Positions 1 through 14,694 of a DNA stretch of 64,000 bases are shown piece after piece. The stretch is from Eimeria praecox (Eukaryota). The stretch is from NCBI GenBank assembly GCA_963920595.1, contig OY986948.1, positions 310,001 to 374,000 on the forward strand, read 5' to 3'. The notes beneath the pieces are model-generated. The model ran no database searches, was not told the origin of the DNA, and was given only the letters and a program-made list of their open reading frames with translations. The translations under genes and the position numbers were made by a program. Within the stretch, counting starts at the first letter, position 1. Each line of letters begins with the position of its first letter.

Positions 1-187
1 ATCCCCGCAGAAAGTAGGCGATTAGCGTCAAGTAGATTGGACGAAGCGCATCCCATATTTCGGTCATAGGCATTGCGTTTAGATCGTCGTCTTGTGCTGC
101 CATCCCATGTATGCAAGCTGACAGTTGTCTGGCTCCGTCATGCCCTGCTCGCTCGAAGTGAATTGCTGCCTTTCTTATGCTGTGCAG

Positions 188-3100
188 CCAGAAGAGAACT
201 TCTGTCACCAAAAACTGAATGATTCGCATTCGGTGGCCTCTGTGTCTGTTGACAACTTCGCAGACAACGCGTATGGTTGCATCTGGGTTATTTCCAATGC
301 GCAGCCTTGCTGCTCGAAGCTGCTGCTTCGTTGCTTCATGCAGTATCATTTTCAAGGCAGAAACTGGATAACATGTTTTTGCCCCGACTGACGGTGGAGG
401 AATGGTGTCTTGTACATGTATCATATAAATTGTGTACGCTAATGCATATGATGACAAACAGGCTGGCTCTCTCTATGAGCTGGATTGTGCTGCGATGCAA
501 TGCTCGATACAACTTAGGAACGTATCCTTCATAGCAGTGCTTGCACTGCTTGTGATGCTTGTCACTTATTTCAGAGGAGTGGATAGGCTTTGTATCGTAT
601 GCTTCTCTTCATTATTATCTTTTGAGAAGGGCAGTTATCATTCCTGAAGCATTTGCCAGCCGCCGCTGATGCTGCGCTTGCGTGCAATGCGTAGGCAGAA
701 CCATTTCGCAGCTCAGATTAACGGAACCAGGTTTCATATCAGTCGTATATTTAAGGAAACGCAATTATAAGTCATTAACTGTAGCCTTAGAACGTTTTCA
801 GTGGTGCTCTGACAGCTCTGCAAAACAGATTCAGCTTCACTGGTCCAGCAAGCAGCTAATGCGAGACGAAGGTTGTGTTGGAAGGTTGTGCGTTACGTAT
901 GGCCGAAGAAGATGCCCTAAGCAGGCAGTTTCATAAATAGTAATAGCACGGCAGCTGAGCAAACGCCATTTTTCATTTACCTTGACGGCCGGCTATGACC
1001 AGGGTAGGCCAAAGGGTGCACCTGTAGGCGGGTACAAGACGATAAGAGGAGAATAACTGTACCTTGCGGTATCGACAGACTGCGCCTAGCAGTGCGCGTG
1101 TAGAGGGCGTTTTGGTTCGCCCTGTTTAGCTTCTCATATGAGCAGGCATGCACGTTGCGGGCCGAATACAAAGCCATCCAAATTCTACTTGACGCTATTT
1201 GTCCTTGCTTAAGTGAACTATGATGCGTTTTCGTTCCAGATGTTGTCGATCATTCACATCGCGATTCCGGCGTTAGCTATTTTGGGTTTGCGCCATGTAG
1301 TGCTAGCTTGCAGAGCCTAAAGCGCCTTTTACAGAGAGGAGGGTGGAAGACCTTCTTGCTTGCCGAGTTATGCAGTAATAATAACGAATAAAGCATAAGA
1401 TATTTGTTTAAAATAAAGCCCAGCAGTTTGAATATTTAGCTAGCTCGTCGGCCGGCTCTTCAGGAAGTACGCCTGCTGCTTTCCGTTAGCTGTTTACGGG
1501 TTTAAGTGCTTGGACAAGGTTCAGGGGAAACTTGGAGATTAGCGCTGCGGGATGGTGCGGTGTGTTGGGGTTAACGTGCTTGATCGTACACACAGGTGCA
1601 TGCATGTCGTTGCCATCATCCGTGTACAACTCAAGAGAGGAGTGTTTGCCACTGGCATTGAGTCTTTGGTGCGTGACTACAACGAGCCGCGTAGAGTCTA
1701 GGGCAAGCTGTAAGATCATCAAAGGCTTGATAAACGTTTTATAGGTACTGTGGCGTGTATGATGAACACCGAATCAGCCTGCCTTTGTTGAAAGTACACA
1801 CTGCCCTCGGAGGCTCTGTGATGTACACGAGAGGGCACTGCATCTGCCCATCAGGGCTTCTGGTGAGCGGCGACGACACCGTTGCTGGGACGGTCCATCA
1901 CCTAGCCAGGCGTGACAGCGGCTCACTGAATCTCCAGCAAGTGTGTTTCATGATGTACATTACATCCAGCGAAGTGACAGTTTCCACTATTGCGGAAAAT
2001 ATCCTAAGAAGGATGGCTTTGCTAGTGGCTCGGCATTTCCCTTTCGCTCGATATCGTTGCTTGAAGCAAGCAAATTTCAAGCAAAATCTTGAGACTTGCA
2101 AGATTGTTGCTATACGGATCTTGAGAACTGTAGTGGCAGCATCCTTCCTATTCTAAAGGAGTCACACCTGGCTGAGGGTTGAGCCGTGCGTCTTGCATCG
2201 AACTACTCAGCCTTGTGTTTTCCTCGTCGCGAACGCCTTGACCCATGCGACGGTCGAGTCATCTATAGACAAGCAAGCCCAAGACGCGCTTCGCTAGCAC
2301 TGATGTCGCTTCTAGCAACTGGCAGTATGTGTTAAACCTACGGAGCTTGGGGGGAACTATTGCGCCCAGTCTCGCCGCGTGCCATGAAACGAATCCAAAG
2401 GGCACCTGCTCGTGTTGTGGATAACCGCTGCATTGTTAAGGCATTTATCCGTATTGATCAGCTTGTGCGTCTTTCGTTTAAAGCGTACTAACCAAAGACT
2501 GACAGCAGCATGCACGCTGTGCTGGCCTTCAACGTAGGTGGGCGCTCCAGGATGCAGGCGGGCTCACGTAAGTGCCTAGAAATCTCTGAAATATTACAAC
2601 ATAATAGTTGTATCAGCAGAGCTCAAAACTGCTATGGTTCTGCCTTACGCGTAACGATATGCTGGCATAGATATGCGTTTTTGAACGATCAGCTTGTATG
2701 TCAGGCACTGGACCCAAAAAAGTGAGCCAAAGGGCTCAGCTCGCCGGTTCAGTATGACGGCCAGTAAAAGCGTTTTAGTACTTCCGTTAGCGCCCTGATA
2801 CCCATGCGCCATGCTCCGAATAATCCATCGTGTATGCGCATGAGCGGGCTGGTGTTAGGATGTGAGTGCATAGGCGCTTGAATTTGGAACATCGCGTACT
2901 AGTTGGACCATGGTTGAGCCACATCGTTAAGTGTTAAGCATTCGTCTCAGTTGTTTCTGCCACTTGCCGTAATGCTGGTGCTCTTTAGTTAACTACAGTG
3001 CAGCGAAAGTACTAGAAAAAACTAGACGAAACCGGGGGCTCGCGGTATTTTCCGCTGAATTCTCAAGGAGCTCGAGACCTTGCTTCACAGCCTGAGGCCG

Positions 3101-4868
3101 ATAGTTGGATGATAGTTGGATGGTACACTATGTATGGGCCCCATAGGCGAACCATCGCTTAACTATCTTTTTGCCGGCCCAGGCGATAGACGAGAGGGGC
3201 TGAACAGATCCTTCGATTCTGCAGGATGTGCGTGGCATGCATCCGTCACGTTCACTACCTGCTTCCATCTGTCATTGTTCCACTGGATGTTTCGTATGCT
3301 GTAGAATGTTTATCTGCAATAGATACCCTGTCAAGTGTAGTGCAGCAGTGCTAACAGGACTCCGACGTTGGTCGTTGCTAATAACTTGGTGCTACGTGTC
3401 GCCGCCGGTTATGCAGGCCATAGCCCGCTGTAAGTCCTATGCTGTCACGTCACGGTGCCTAGTCGTGGCATTCTGGTGCACTACTCGAACAGAAACAGCC
3501 TTTTTTAATGTTTTACTAGTTAGTTTCTTTTATTGGGTAGTGGGAAGCTCTGGTAACATTCCCCCATGCCGCATGTTTGATCCGTCTGGCTTCATACACC
3601 TTCATACCGGCCATACTGATGTGCATGCCAGCACCTGTAACAGGGCTTGCCTGGCTCAAGCCCAGGCACTGTTTTGGTATTGCGTGAAGTGCGTGGTGAT
3701 TGATTAGCATTTGGAAGATGCAGAGGAGGAGGAAGAGGATTTCCGTCAATGCAGCAAATGGGCTTACCACACAACAATTGTCTCGCGTCAGTTCACTCGC
3801 TATGCGACGTACTTGCAAAGAGCTGAGTGTTAATCTAGTAAACTGGGGTGTTTAGTGATGACAGGCGCTGATATTACTTGTCTGTCTGACAAAGCAGAGA
3901 AAACAGTGGTGCCGAGGGCAGCGATTGGGGGGCTGGCGCATCTTGTTATGGGGTCTGTACATAGGTGGAATTTGTAGGTGCGTGTTTTCTGAAGGTTCGT
4001 TTCTTTGCACTCAGTGCAACTTGACCGTCCTGTCTTGGAGCTGTGAGCTGTCTTTGAGCGGCAGCGCACTTGATACACTTTGGTTGGATGGCGTGCAAAT
4101 CTGTCTGTCTCTTGTTTTGTTCGAAGTATCGAAATGGCCAGCGATGTCCCACCACAATCCCAGCAGAAACCGCCAGGATCGGCACTCATTGCAGGATGGC
4201 TTCTACTGACAACGTTGAACTGTTAGTTGGTGCGTCATCTGCCAGACTAGCTTTTGACATATTGTTATATGGGTAGCGTGGTGTAGGTGTGTGTGTTAAG
4301 GCGTGGGTGGGGCTATGAGTTTCTGCTGTTTGAAGAGTAGATGCAATGATATTCAAAGCATTCGCTGTTGCATTCTAACCAACAAATGGTCTTATCTAAT
4401 CTACTGCATGAGGAATTAGGAAGCTGCAGCTTGAACGAAACTTCGTCCTCATCGTGTTTTGCCTACGATGTCTGCTCGGTGTTGCTGTGCTGATGGGTTG
4501 ATGACTCGCGGTTGTGTCCATCTTGCTACTAAGTAATAATTGCTTACTCGATAGACAATTACGAGTCTCTGAGATTAAGAGCAATGATTGTGTTGTATCT
4601 CTGCCGTTAAAAACTGGAAGATGTGTTAATCTCTACAAGTCAACACAGCACTTTCAAAACAAGGCTGTCAACGCAGGCTTAGGCTCATGCTCATATGAGG
4701 AAACGGTCGGTGCTATGATGAGGGTACATTCTTGACAGATGAGTGCTAATCATATTCCACTAAGGCCGGTCTTTCTTATCACTGTTGAACTGGCGCTATC
4801 TCTTTCCATGCTCTGTTTATTTTATAGATATATTTACCTCTGAAAATGCTACTAGATTTAGACACACA

Positions 4869-4918
<50 letters not shown>

Positions 4919-7003
4919 CTCGCTCGCTCTCTCTCTCTCACACACACACACACATTCGCCTGAGAGATCAAGGAATGCCAGCAACAAGGAATTTGCTGGC
5001 CTTTGTGGGAACATTTGGAATTGGGGGTCGTAGAACTTGTAGGGTGAACTGACACTCTAGGAAGTGGGTCGGATTCTGCACACTGCTACACAAACAGGGG
5101 TGCTGCACGAGCAGGAAGCAGAACAGGCGAGAAATTGTTAAGTTTTCTGAATGATTGACCCTGCGGTGATATGACGCGCCGCGCTAGCCTTTGGGCTGTC
5201 TTGAGCAGAACTGTTTGGTGAAACGTCCTTGAATTGCTGATGAGTACAAGTTATTCATTGCGGGCTCTTCCAGCTACAAGGAATTATTATATTATGGTGT
5301 TTGTCCTCACCTCATGATAAGATCTGTATTCAGCAGTCTAACAGTATAAACGTCTTAAGCGCAACATGTTTGATATTGTTGTGTGCGTCTAACAGTGGAG
5401 CAGGCACAGCCATTTCGAGTGAGTGTGGAGTTAATATCGCGAAGCAGGAACTGCTCTCGACGTCATAGGTGTTGACAGCAGCATCAATTTCGGGCAGACA
5501 AGTAGAATGTTTATCGTTCATCAAGAAAGTGTGTTTAGGAATATATTGGGGGTGACACATAAAGAGGAGAAGCTAAATGTCAGGGTTCTCTTCCTTGCTG
5601 TACCTTGCAGAAACCGTGAGTGAAATGGACTGTGCAGCATTGATTGAAGTAGTATATCGCGCTGGCTGTGGCGACTGCTTGAAGATGATCCTGTAAGCTG
5701 AATACGAAGTACAGAACCCGGGGCCCTGCATATTTTCTTATATATTTCTCAGTATATTATATGCATCTCAATCTTTGGGTTCATAGACGAGATCCGCCTC
5801 ATTTCAACAGGATAAGCTCGATGCACAGACTGTTTATACTTTGTCTTATGTACCCTCCCCATGCACTTATCTCATACATACACTCAGCTTGTGTGTTGGC
5901 TAAGATATATAGAAGATGCATGAGAAGGAAATCGACCATAGCTTATTTTTCATGGTATTTCGCTATCTCCATGGCTTGCAGATAATATGCTTGTGATAGA
6001 ACACTTCCTTTGATGGGCTGCTGTTGGTCTTAAGCTAGTAAGCTCGGGTGTATCATGAAACCTTCGTAGCATTTGGAGAAATGTATAGCTCGAATTGCAT
6101 AGCAGTCAGCTTTTGTCGTGAGGTATATGCAGACACCGCAAGAGCAGCGGCTCCTTCACATCCCCCCAAATATGCTTTTCAACTCCCTCCCACTTGATAG
6201 ACTGTGCCGTCCAGAGTGTATGTTTGCTAGCTGTATGCAAACACCGCAGGAGCAGCGCCTCCTTCACATCCCCCCAGATATGCTTTTCAGCTCCCTCCTA
6301 CTTGGTACACTGCTCCGTCCAGAGTGTATGTTTACTAGTTAATGAAGCCCCAACCTGTCGACAACATGCTTCGAAATTGATGAGTGTGTCGTCTTCTCTA
6401 GAAGTCAGGACCGTCTCCTAACACCCACCAGTGATGTAACAATCAACCAAGTAAACACTGAGGAGGCTTGTAGAGCTTGTAGCAAGCACATTGTTTGATT
6501 TCGAGCAAGCATAGCTTGAGCTGTATTATAGTGATTAGACTAGTATATCACAGCAAGAAACAACGACACACACATATTTATCCTGGCGTATTCTTCATTT
6601 TCTATGCCGTCACCCAGCAAGTATGTTTCGTATTATACAATACCACAACTCATGACTTCATTGAAATTGAGGCATTTTCTCTGTTTTGAAAATTGAATCT
6701 CTTATTCTTATTCTTATCAGCCAGCATACATACATGTCAAGGTCTCCCACCTAAAGACTATGGAGGCGTGTGACCATCATCTGAAAATTATATAAAAATT
6801 ATTTAATTTTGAAGATACAGTAAGAGAGGGACCTCCTTAAAGACAGGCTACTGGGAAGCAAGTGTTGACAGTTGTGGCTACAGTTATTATTATTATTATT
6901 ATTACAGTTAAGATCGATGATGCTGTTCTAAGGAGAGTGTTTCCATCATTACTAATGATGATGAGAATGACTACAATAACGAAAAAATTTTATAAGGAAG
7001 TGC
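188..7003 (+). CDS. Possible multi-exon gene of unknown function (fragmentary; may begin before the window)
   Basis: Several open segments bounded by pyrimidine-rich AG and GT: ~188-270 (PEENFCHQKLNDSHSV..), 1745-1940 (YCGVYDEHRISLPLLKVH..LNLQQ), 5611-5692 (TVSEMDCAALIEVVYRAGCGDCLKMI), ~6133-6215, ~6908-7004. No family recognised and the exon chain is not fully phased. Confidence 0.3.
4861..4955. repeat. (CA)n/(CT)n compound microsatellite
   Basis: Directly visible. Confidence 0.95.
6126..6338 (+). repeat. 108-bp tandem duplication (2 diverged copies)
   Basis: atgcagacaccgcaagagcagcgg.. at 6127 and atgcaaacaccgcaggagcagcgc.. at 6235; both end ccgtccagagtgtatgttt. Confidence 0.9.
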
Positions 7004-7700
7004 GGTAAAGTACTGTTGCAGGTCTCGAGCATTAATGTTGCTGGAGAGCGTATTGAAAGCTATCTGATGTTTGCCTAAACCCCATCATTATAGAAGACCA
7101 ACATTACTGTATGTTGTGTTACTGTTAGTGTTGTATTACTACTCAGGATTAGTATGTGGGTCCGCTTGGCTTTATTGTCTTATATAGCTTTCTGTTCGGC
7201 ATTGAAGGGTCTCACAATGAGAGCATTTCCCCTGTTTTTATTTCTTTTTAATATTTGTCTGGCCTTCCTTTATCGTACAGTTGCTTATAGGTCAGCTATA
7301 TATATATATATATTCTTACTTTTCTTGCCTCTAAGGGTATACACTGGGGTTTTATAGTCCCAGCCCTGCGGGGCCCCGAAGGTCCCCCCCCCCACCCCCC
7401 TCCCCTCCCCCCTCCCCCAGCGCCACCGTTCTTGTGCCGGCCTGATAGATACCCTTAACCCCCCACCCCACCCCACATCGCCCCCCCACCCCCCCCCCCC
7501 CTTCCCTCACCCCCCCCCCCCCCCTTCTTCTTTTTGTGAGATACACTTTGAGACACGAGGCATCAAGCATCGCAAGCAGAGATGTACCCTGCTGCGGTAA
7601 GCTGGGTTTTGTAACAGAAGCCTCAACAGGTAGGGTGTGTGAGAAGTTGTTTAGTTGTTTAGTTGTTAAATTAACATATAATAAATGCTTTTTTAACCCT

Positions 7701-7753
<53 letters not shown>

Positions 7754-8441
7754 CTGAGGTCGGCTTACATAAACTTGTACAGACAGCCACCGCTTCCTTC
7801 ATTTCAAGTCAAAAGACCTGAAAAGTATTAACGGCCAAAAGATGCCCTTATTATTTTCTATCGCGTTTGTAAAGGGATTTGGGGTTTTCTTTAGAGGGGA
7901 GGAAATTGAGGATTAGAGAAATAGATTTAGATTCTGCTGCTGCTGCTGCTGCTGCTGCTGCAGCAGCAGCAACATTAGATAGCTGAGGAGGTAGGTAGCT
8001 GAATCCTCTGTGTTTTGATGTCTCAGCTATCGTAGAGCAAACAAAATATATGAATAGTTAGTACATATTGATATAGAGAATACGTTTATAACATATTTAC
8101 AGGTGGAAGAGAGTGTTTTCAAAGCAAGACAGACATATCTTACCTGTCTACACGTTGTTTATATATTGAGGGGCCTCTCTCTGTGTCTCCTCTCTCTGAA
8201 GAGAGAGAGAGAGAGCAGGCAAGATGTTAACTCCAGCCCCGTTGCTCTGCATGCACTGCAGCAGCTGGGACTGTGTAAATTAGATTATGAGGAAGTTGGC
8301 TGGAGAGGAGTGAAGCTCACAAATATTTTGTTTTTCAACTTTTCTCTCTCTCTCTTCGAAATACACATACAACATCTATCACATATTCTTCTCCACACAG
8401 AACACAACTAAATATATTTGAAGCAGGCCTACTTAACATAC

Positions 8442-8483
<42 letters not shown>

Positions 8484-9334
8484 AGAGACAGAGAGAGAGA
8501 GAGAGAGGAGAGTGAAGAAGAGGCTACGATATGAGAAGCCTCGAGTGCTACAGAAGCTGTCTAACTTAGGTTTACTTGCAAAGCCATGCATGCATGCAGG
8601 CGACGGAGATACTAAGAAATATCTCCTTGTATTAATTGGAGAGTAGCTAGTAATGTTTATAATATTGAAGAAAGGCAGCAGATGGTGCTAACTCAACCCC
8701 ACCAACTTTGTAACGGAAGAAGGGGGGGGAGGGGGGCTTAGGGTTTAGGGTTTAGGGTTTGATGGCTGGTGTTTGCCGCTAAGGAGACATCAGCCATCAA
8801 GCCCTTCAATTAAATCTTTACTGCTGCAGCCTAACACGAGGGTCTATGAGACCCCCGATAAGGATTTTATAATAAAATGGTTTTAGAATATCGTTTATAA
8901 TTAATTATAACAAAATAAATGGAGTCTAAAGAATGAAGCTTCAAATATACAGTGCAACAAGCTGTACATACACCTGAGGTATTGGCTGCATGCATGCAAT
9001 AACAACAACAGCAGCAGCAGCAGCAGAGATAAGCTGCTGCTGCAGTGTATTCATAAATATATTAGTAGGTAGACACTACACCAAGCAGACAATCAAACAT
9101 GTTTAGAATGTTTATGCTCGACTTCTCTTAATATTTTCTCTCTTTCTCTCTCATTTCTTCACAACTGCAGCAGCAACAGTAGCAGCAACAGCAGCAGCAG
9201 CAACAGCAGCAGCAACAGCAGCAGTATATACACCTGAAAACTACACCAGCAGGATCTGCTGAAGGAGCTTAATATCTAATGTGTATGATAGCACAACACT
9301 AATATAATTGTTTTTTTCTCTATATTAACACCTT

Positions 9335-9426
<92 letters not shown>

Positions 9427-9549
9427 CCTTCTATGTAGTTAAGAATGAAGCATCGCTTTTCTTGTTGTTCTGTACTTGTTAACATACAAGGAGGCTCAGA
9501 TTTTGTGGGTTATTCATGATTGTATGTTTGATTATTAATAAATATATCT

Positions 9550-9617
<68 letters not shown>

Positions 9618-10315
9618 TTGCTGCTGCTGTTATAAGGAGGGGCTGCTGCTGGTCGGCTGCAGCCACCGCTGTTTCTGGGGTTGTGTATGTATGAGTTTGG
9701 CTCAATATAAATATATATTTTTCGATTTTTTTGGTTTATTTTCATTAAATTAAGTTTTTAATAACTATAAATTCATTTAAAATATAAAAAATGAATGTCT
9801 AATACACCCTACATCCCCCTGCTGCTGACTCTCCTACCACCGACCCCACCACCTGTACCTATCAAACAACCTCTTACTTCTTTATTATTCTATCTGAGGC
9901 CTCCAGGCCCCAAAATATAATATTATATTCTTAAATGCATGCAGCAAGACCGATATAGAGGGAATAGAGAAAGTATATGGGGGATACGAGACCTCAGAGC
10001 AACGACGGGGGCCCCCCCCAGGATGTTTGCTGCTTATCTTACATTGCACGACATCATCGACATTGTTCTTCTTCAGGTGTACGTACACTTGGATGCCTCA
10101 TATTCATAGAAAGGCTGTAGCTTGTTGCTTCGTTGCTGCTGAAGCTATATCGCGTCAGCAGCTGCAGCAGGAGCCTCGCTGCTGCTAGGACCCCAGCTGC
10201 AGCAGCAGCTGCTGCTGTTTCTGCTGCTTTTGCTGCTGATTCTAAGCACTAACAGCAGCAAGAGCCGCTGCAGCAGACGGATGCTCTACACAGAAGCCAG
10301 CAGCAACAGCAGCAA

Positions 10316-10357
<42 letters not shown>

Positions 10358-10518
10358 TAGCTGCTGCTGCTGCTGACACGCTGCAGGGCATGCGATAGAA
10401 TGCACTACGCTTCATCATAGCCTCAACCCTGCTGCAGCAGCAACAGCAGCAGCAACAGCAGCAGCAACAGCAGCAGCAACAGCAGCAGCAGCAGCAGCAG
10501 CAGCAATAACAACCGAAG

Positions 10519-10589
10519 ATGAACGCCCACGGCCAATCTGTGTACGTTCTACCTGCTGCTGCACTCTCAGGAGCCCCCATCCACGGAAT

Positions 10590-10622
<33 letters not shown>

Positions 10623-10766
10623 TGTATGTTTGCTTCGCATGCAACGAGGGACAGCTCACAGCAGCAGCAGCAGCAGCAGCAACGATGCTGCTGCTGCAGC
10701 ACAGACAGCCCGGCGTGTTGAAGCCCGCAACGAATTTGCTCAGCGACAGCGTAGACACGCTTCACG

Positions 10767-10826
<60 letters not shown>

Positions 10827-11300
10827 GCCACACACACATAAGAATCAAGACACAGGAGGTGTACGTCTGACACTCGCAATTGAGGGAACTCGGGCTTTGC
10901 CTGCGAGAAACACAGCAACTGCTGCAGCAGCCACAGCTCCTGCTGCTGCTGCTGCTGCAGCAGCAGCAGCAGCACCGATGCCTGCAGCTGCTGCACATTC
11001 TAATCCCCTCAAGAGCAGCAACAAACATGGCCTCTCAGCAGCAGCTTCTAGAATGCTGTCTGCTAGAGAGGCTCTACGAGCAGCAGCAGCAAAAGCCAGA
11101 CCGCCTGCAGCAGCAGCAGCAGCAGCAGCACCTGCACCTGCAGCAGCAGCAGCAGCAGCAGCAGCAGCCATACAGCAACAGAAGCTCAGCAGCAGCAGCA
11201 GCAGCAGCAGCCCCATTCTTGACAGCGACACCCCCGAGCACATCGTCAATAGAATTATTTCTCGTGTAAGAAGACGAGTAGCAGCAAACATCCCCAGACA

Positions 11301-11335
<35 letters not shown>

Positions 11336-11513
11336 CGAGCAGCAGCAACAGCAGCAGCAAGCCCTGGAGTTGGCAGCGGCTCCACAAGACACTGCGTTGC
11401 AGCAGCACATCCCGAAGACTACACCACAGCAGCAGCAGCAGCAGAAAGCCCTTGAAGAAGCACAGAGATGCAGCACGAAGAGTAGTATCTGACAGCAGCA
11501 GCAGCAGATACCG

Positions 11514-11551
<38 letters not shown>

Positions 11552-11663
11552 GGGCCAGAAGAGCCAGCAAAAGAAGACATCGCCACGCTGAACGGTCAGG
11601 GCGAAGCAGACGACACAGCAGCAAGAACAGCAGCAGCAGCAGCAACAACAACAACAACAACAA

Positions 11664-11695
<32 letters not shown>

Positions 11696-11818
11696 AAAGG
11701 AGCAGCAGGAAGTTGAAGCATGATAAGAAAACTTCTTCTGCCCTCCGTCTTGTAGAATATTCTAAGACACAAACAGAAGATATATTTAATACTGTAAGGC
11801 CTTTATTATATCACCTTC

Positions 11819-11849
<31 letters not shown>

Positions 11850-12526
11850 AGCAGCAGCAGCAGCAGCAACAGCAGTAATAGCAGCAGCAGCAGCAGCAGG
11901 AAGGGGATGTGTCTTTATCAGTTCTGCTGTTGTGTTGCGCTGCTGCTGCTGCAGGCTGGAAGAGAGCAGCAGCAGCAGGGGCTGAATAGGGAGCTGCTGC
12001 TGTCGTGCAACAGCAGCAACAGCAGCAGCAGCAGCAGCAGCAACAACAACAACAACGGCAGCAAAGGCGAGTCTTTGATAAGCCAGTGGCTAAACTTCTC
12101 ATCAGCGGTGAGCCAAACTGCTGCTGCTGATCTGCTGCTGCTGTGCTGCTGCTGTGCTGCTACGTGCTGCTGCTGCTGCTGTGCTGCTGCTGCTGCTACG
12201 TGCTGCTGTGCTGCTGCTGCTGTGCTGCTGCTGCTACTGTGCTGCTACGTGTTGCTGCTGCTGTGCTGTTAATATGCTGCTGCTGTTCTGTTAATATGCT
12301 GCTGCTGTTCTGCTGCTTTGTTGTTATTGTGCTGCAAATGTGCTGCTGTGCTGCTGCTGCTGCTGCTGCTGTGCTGCTGCTGCTGCTGCTGCTGCTGCTC
12401 AGTTTCTGCAGGAGGAAGAGCCGAAGGGGCCTTCCTTAGAATCTTCCATGGCTGCTGCAGCTCTGGGTGTATCTATCTTCAGCAGTGTTAATCAAACAAA
12501 AACAGCAGCAGCAGCAGCAACAGAAG

Positions 12527-12558
<32 letters not shown>

Positions 12559-12971
12559 ACAGCAGCAACAGCAACAGCAGCAGCAGCAGCAGCAGCAAAA
12601 CAACAGAGTCGAAGAGGGAGGGCCTTTGAATCTGCTGTCTTGACAGGTGAAGAAGAAGAATATATATTAAACACAAAACCAGAGGAAGTCATAGCCCGCA
12701 TCAAACGTCGTCTTGGGCTGCTCAGCAGCCGCAGCAACAGCAGCAGCAGCAGCAACAGCCGCAGAAACAGCCGCAGCAGCAGCAGCAGCAGCAGCAGCAG
12801 ATGCCACTGCTGCTGCAGAGCACGTCATTGCTCGTGCAGCAGACGGCAGAGGGAAGCAGCTTGCAGCTATTTCTCTTCTTCCTCACGATATACAAATCAA
12901 CTGCTAGAAGAGACACAAGATATCCTATGCAGACAGCAGCACCACCAGCAGCAGCAGCAGCAGCAGCAAAG

Positions 12972-13005
<34 letters not shown>

Positions 13006-13097
13006 GCACACTTCCCGTGGCTGCCTGGAGACCGCAGGCCCGCAAGCCTCACCCTGAGTGCCCTCGAACACTCGCAGGAAGTAGACCTTCGCTCTAG

Positions 13098-13160
<63 letters not shown>

Positions 13161-13309
13161 AAGACAGCAGCAGCGTGTATCCGGAGCATCTGAGCCAGCA
13201 GCAGCTCATAATTGTGGCTCCCCCTTCTCAGAGTTTGCTGACGATTGGGCTGCTGCTGTTGATGCTGTGGAAGACGATACAGCAGCAGCAGCAACAGCAG
13301 CAGCAAAGA

Positions 13310-13346
<37 letters not shown>

Positions 13347-13851
13347 AGCAGCAGAACCCCTCCCTCTAAATGACAGCCTTCTCTTCCGTCTGTCTCCGGA
13401 CTCGTCGTGCCATCCACTGTCTCCTTCAGAGCTGACTGTTGATGCTTCTCCCCTGCAGCAGCAGCAGCAGCAGCAGCTGCAGCAGCAGCAGCAGCTGCAG
13501 CAGCAGCAGCAGCTGCAGCAGCAGCAGCAGCTGCAGCAGCAGCAGCAGCTGCTGCTGCAGCAGCAACGCGGGCGACTCAGCGGAGAAGGCCTTGGTGCGT
13601 TCGAGACAGAGCCACCGAAGGAAGCACAGCAGCAGCAGCAGCAGCAGCGGCAGCGGCAGCGTCAGAGGTACGCTGAATATGCAGATGATCTGACACTCCA
13701 GGCCAGGCAGCAGCAGAAGCTGCAGCAGCAGCAGCAGCAGCAGCAGCAAAGATATCGCTGCAGAAGTGCTGATGCGATGCCGCAGCAAATTGTGTTGCAT
13801 CATAGACAGCAGCAGGCAGGAGACCCGCAGCATGAGCAGCAAGACAGGACG

Positions 13852-13884
<33 letters not shown>

Positions 13885-13903
13885 AAGCTGCGGGAGAGGC
13901 ACA

Positions 13904-13936
<33 letters not shown>

Positions 13937-14270
13937 TGGAGGCGACAGCGCGTCTGGTTCCTGGTAGGAGTCTTGGAGACAGTGAAAATGAGATAGCTGA
14001 GGACATTCGCTCGCAAGACGATGAACAGCAGCAGAGGCAGCAGCAGCAGCAGCAGGAGGAGCAGCAGCAACAGCAGCAGGAGGAGCAGCAACAGCAGGAG
14101 CAGCAGCAGCAACAGCAGCAGCAGCAGGAGCAGCAGCAGCACGTGGTTGCACCTGCTACAGAAGAATCGCCACAACTCGATGCCACAGAGCACCGCCCTG
14201 CAGCAGCATTTGCCCGACAACAGCAGCAGCAGCAGCAGCAGCCGCAGCAGCAGCAGCAGCCGCAGCAGCC

Positions 14271-14306
<36 letters not shown>

Positions 14307-14603
14307 GCAGCAGCAGGAGCCCCAGCAGCAACCGGAGGAGCAGCAGCAGCAGAACGATGCTGCTGAATCTGCAGCGCAGGGTTGGGCTGCTGCTGCAGCA
14401 GCAGCAGCAGCAGAGACACCAGAGATGATACAGCGAGCAGCAAAGAGAGCAGCAGCAGATATGTTGAAGCAGGCTGCAGCAGCAGCTGCTGCAGCAAGTG
14501 CTTCAGCAGCACAAGAAGCAGCAGAACCAGCCGCAGCACCAGAAGCAGCAGCAGCAGCAGAAGCAGTAGCAGCAGCAGAAGCAGTAGCAGCAGCAGAAGC
14601 AGT

Positions 14604-14649
<46 letters not shown>

Positions 14650-14661
14650 GCAGCAGCAGAA

Positions 14662-14694
<33 letters not shown>

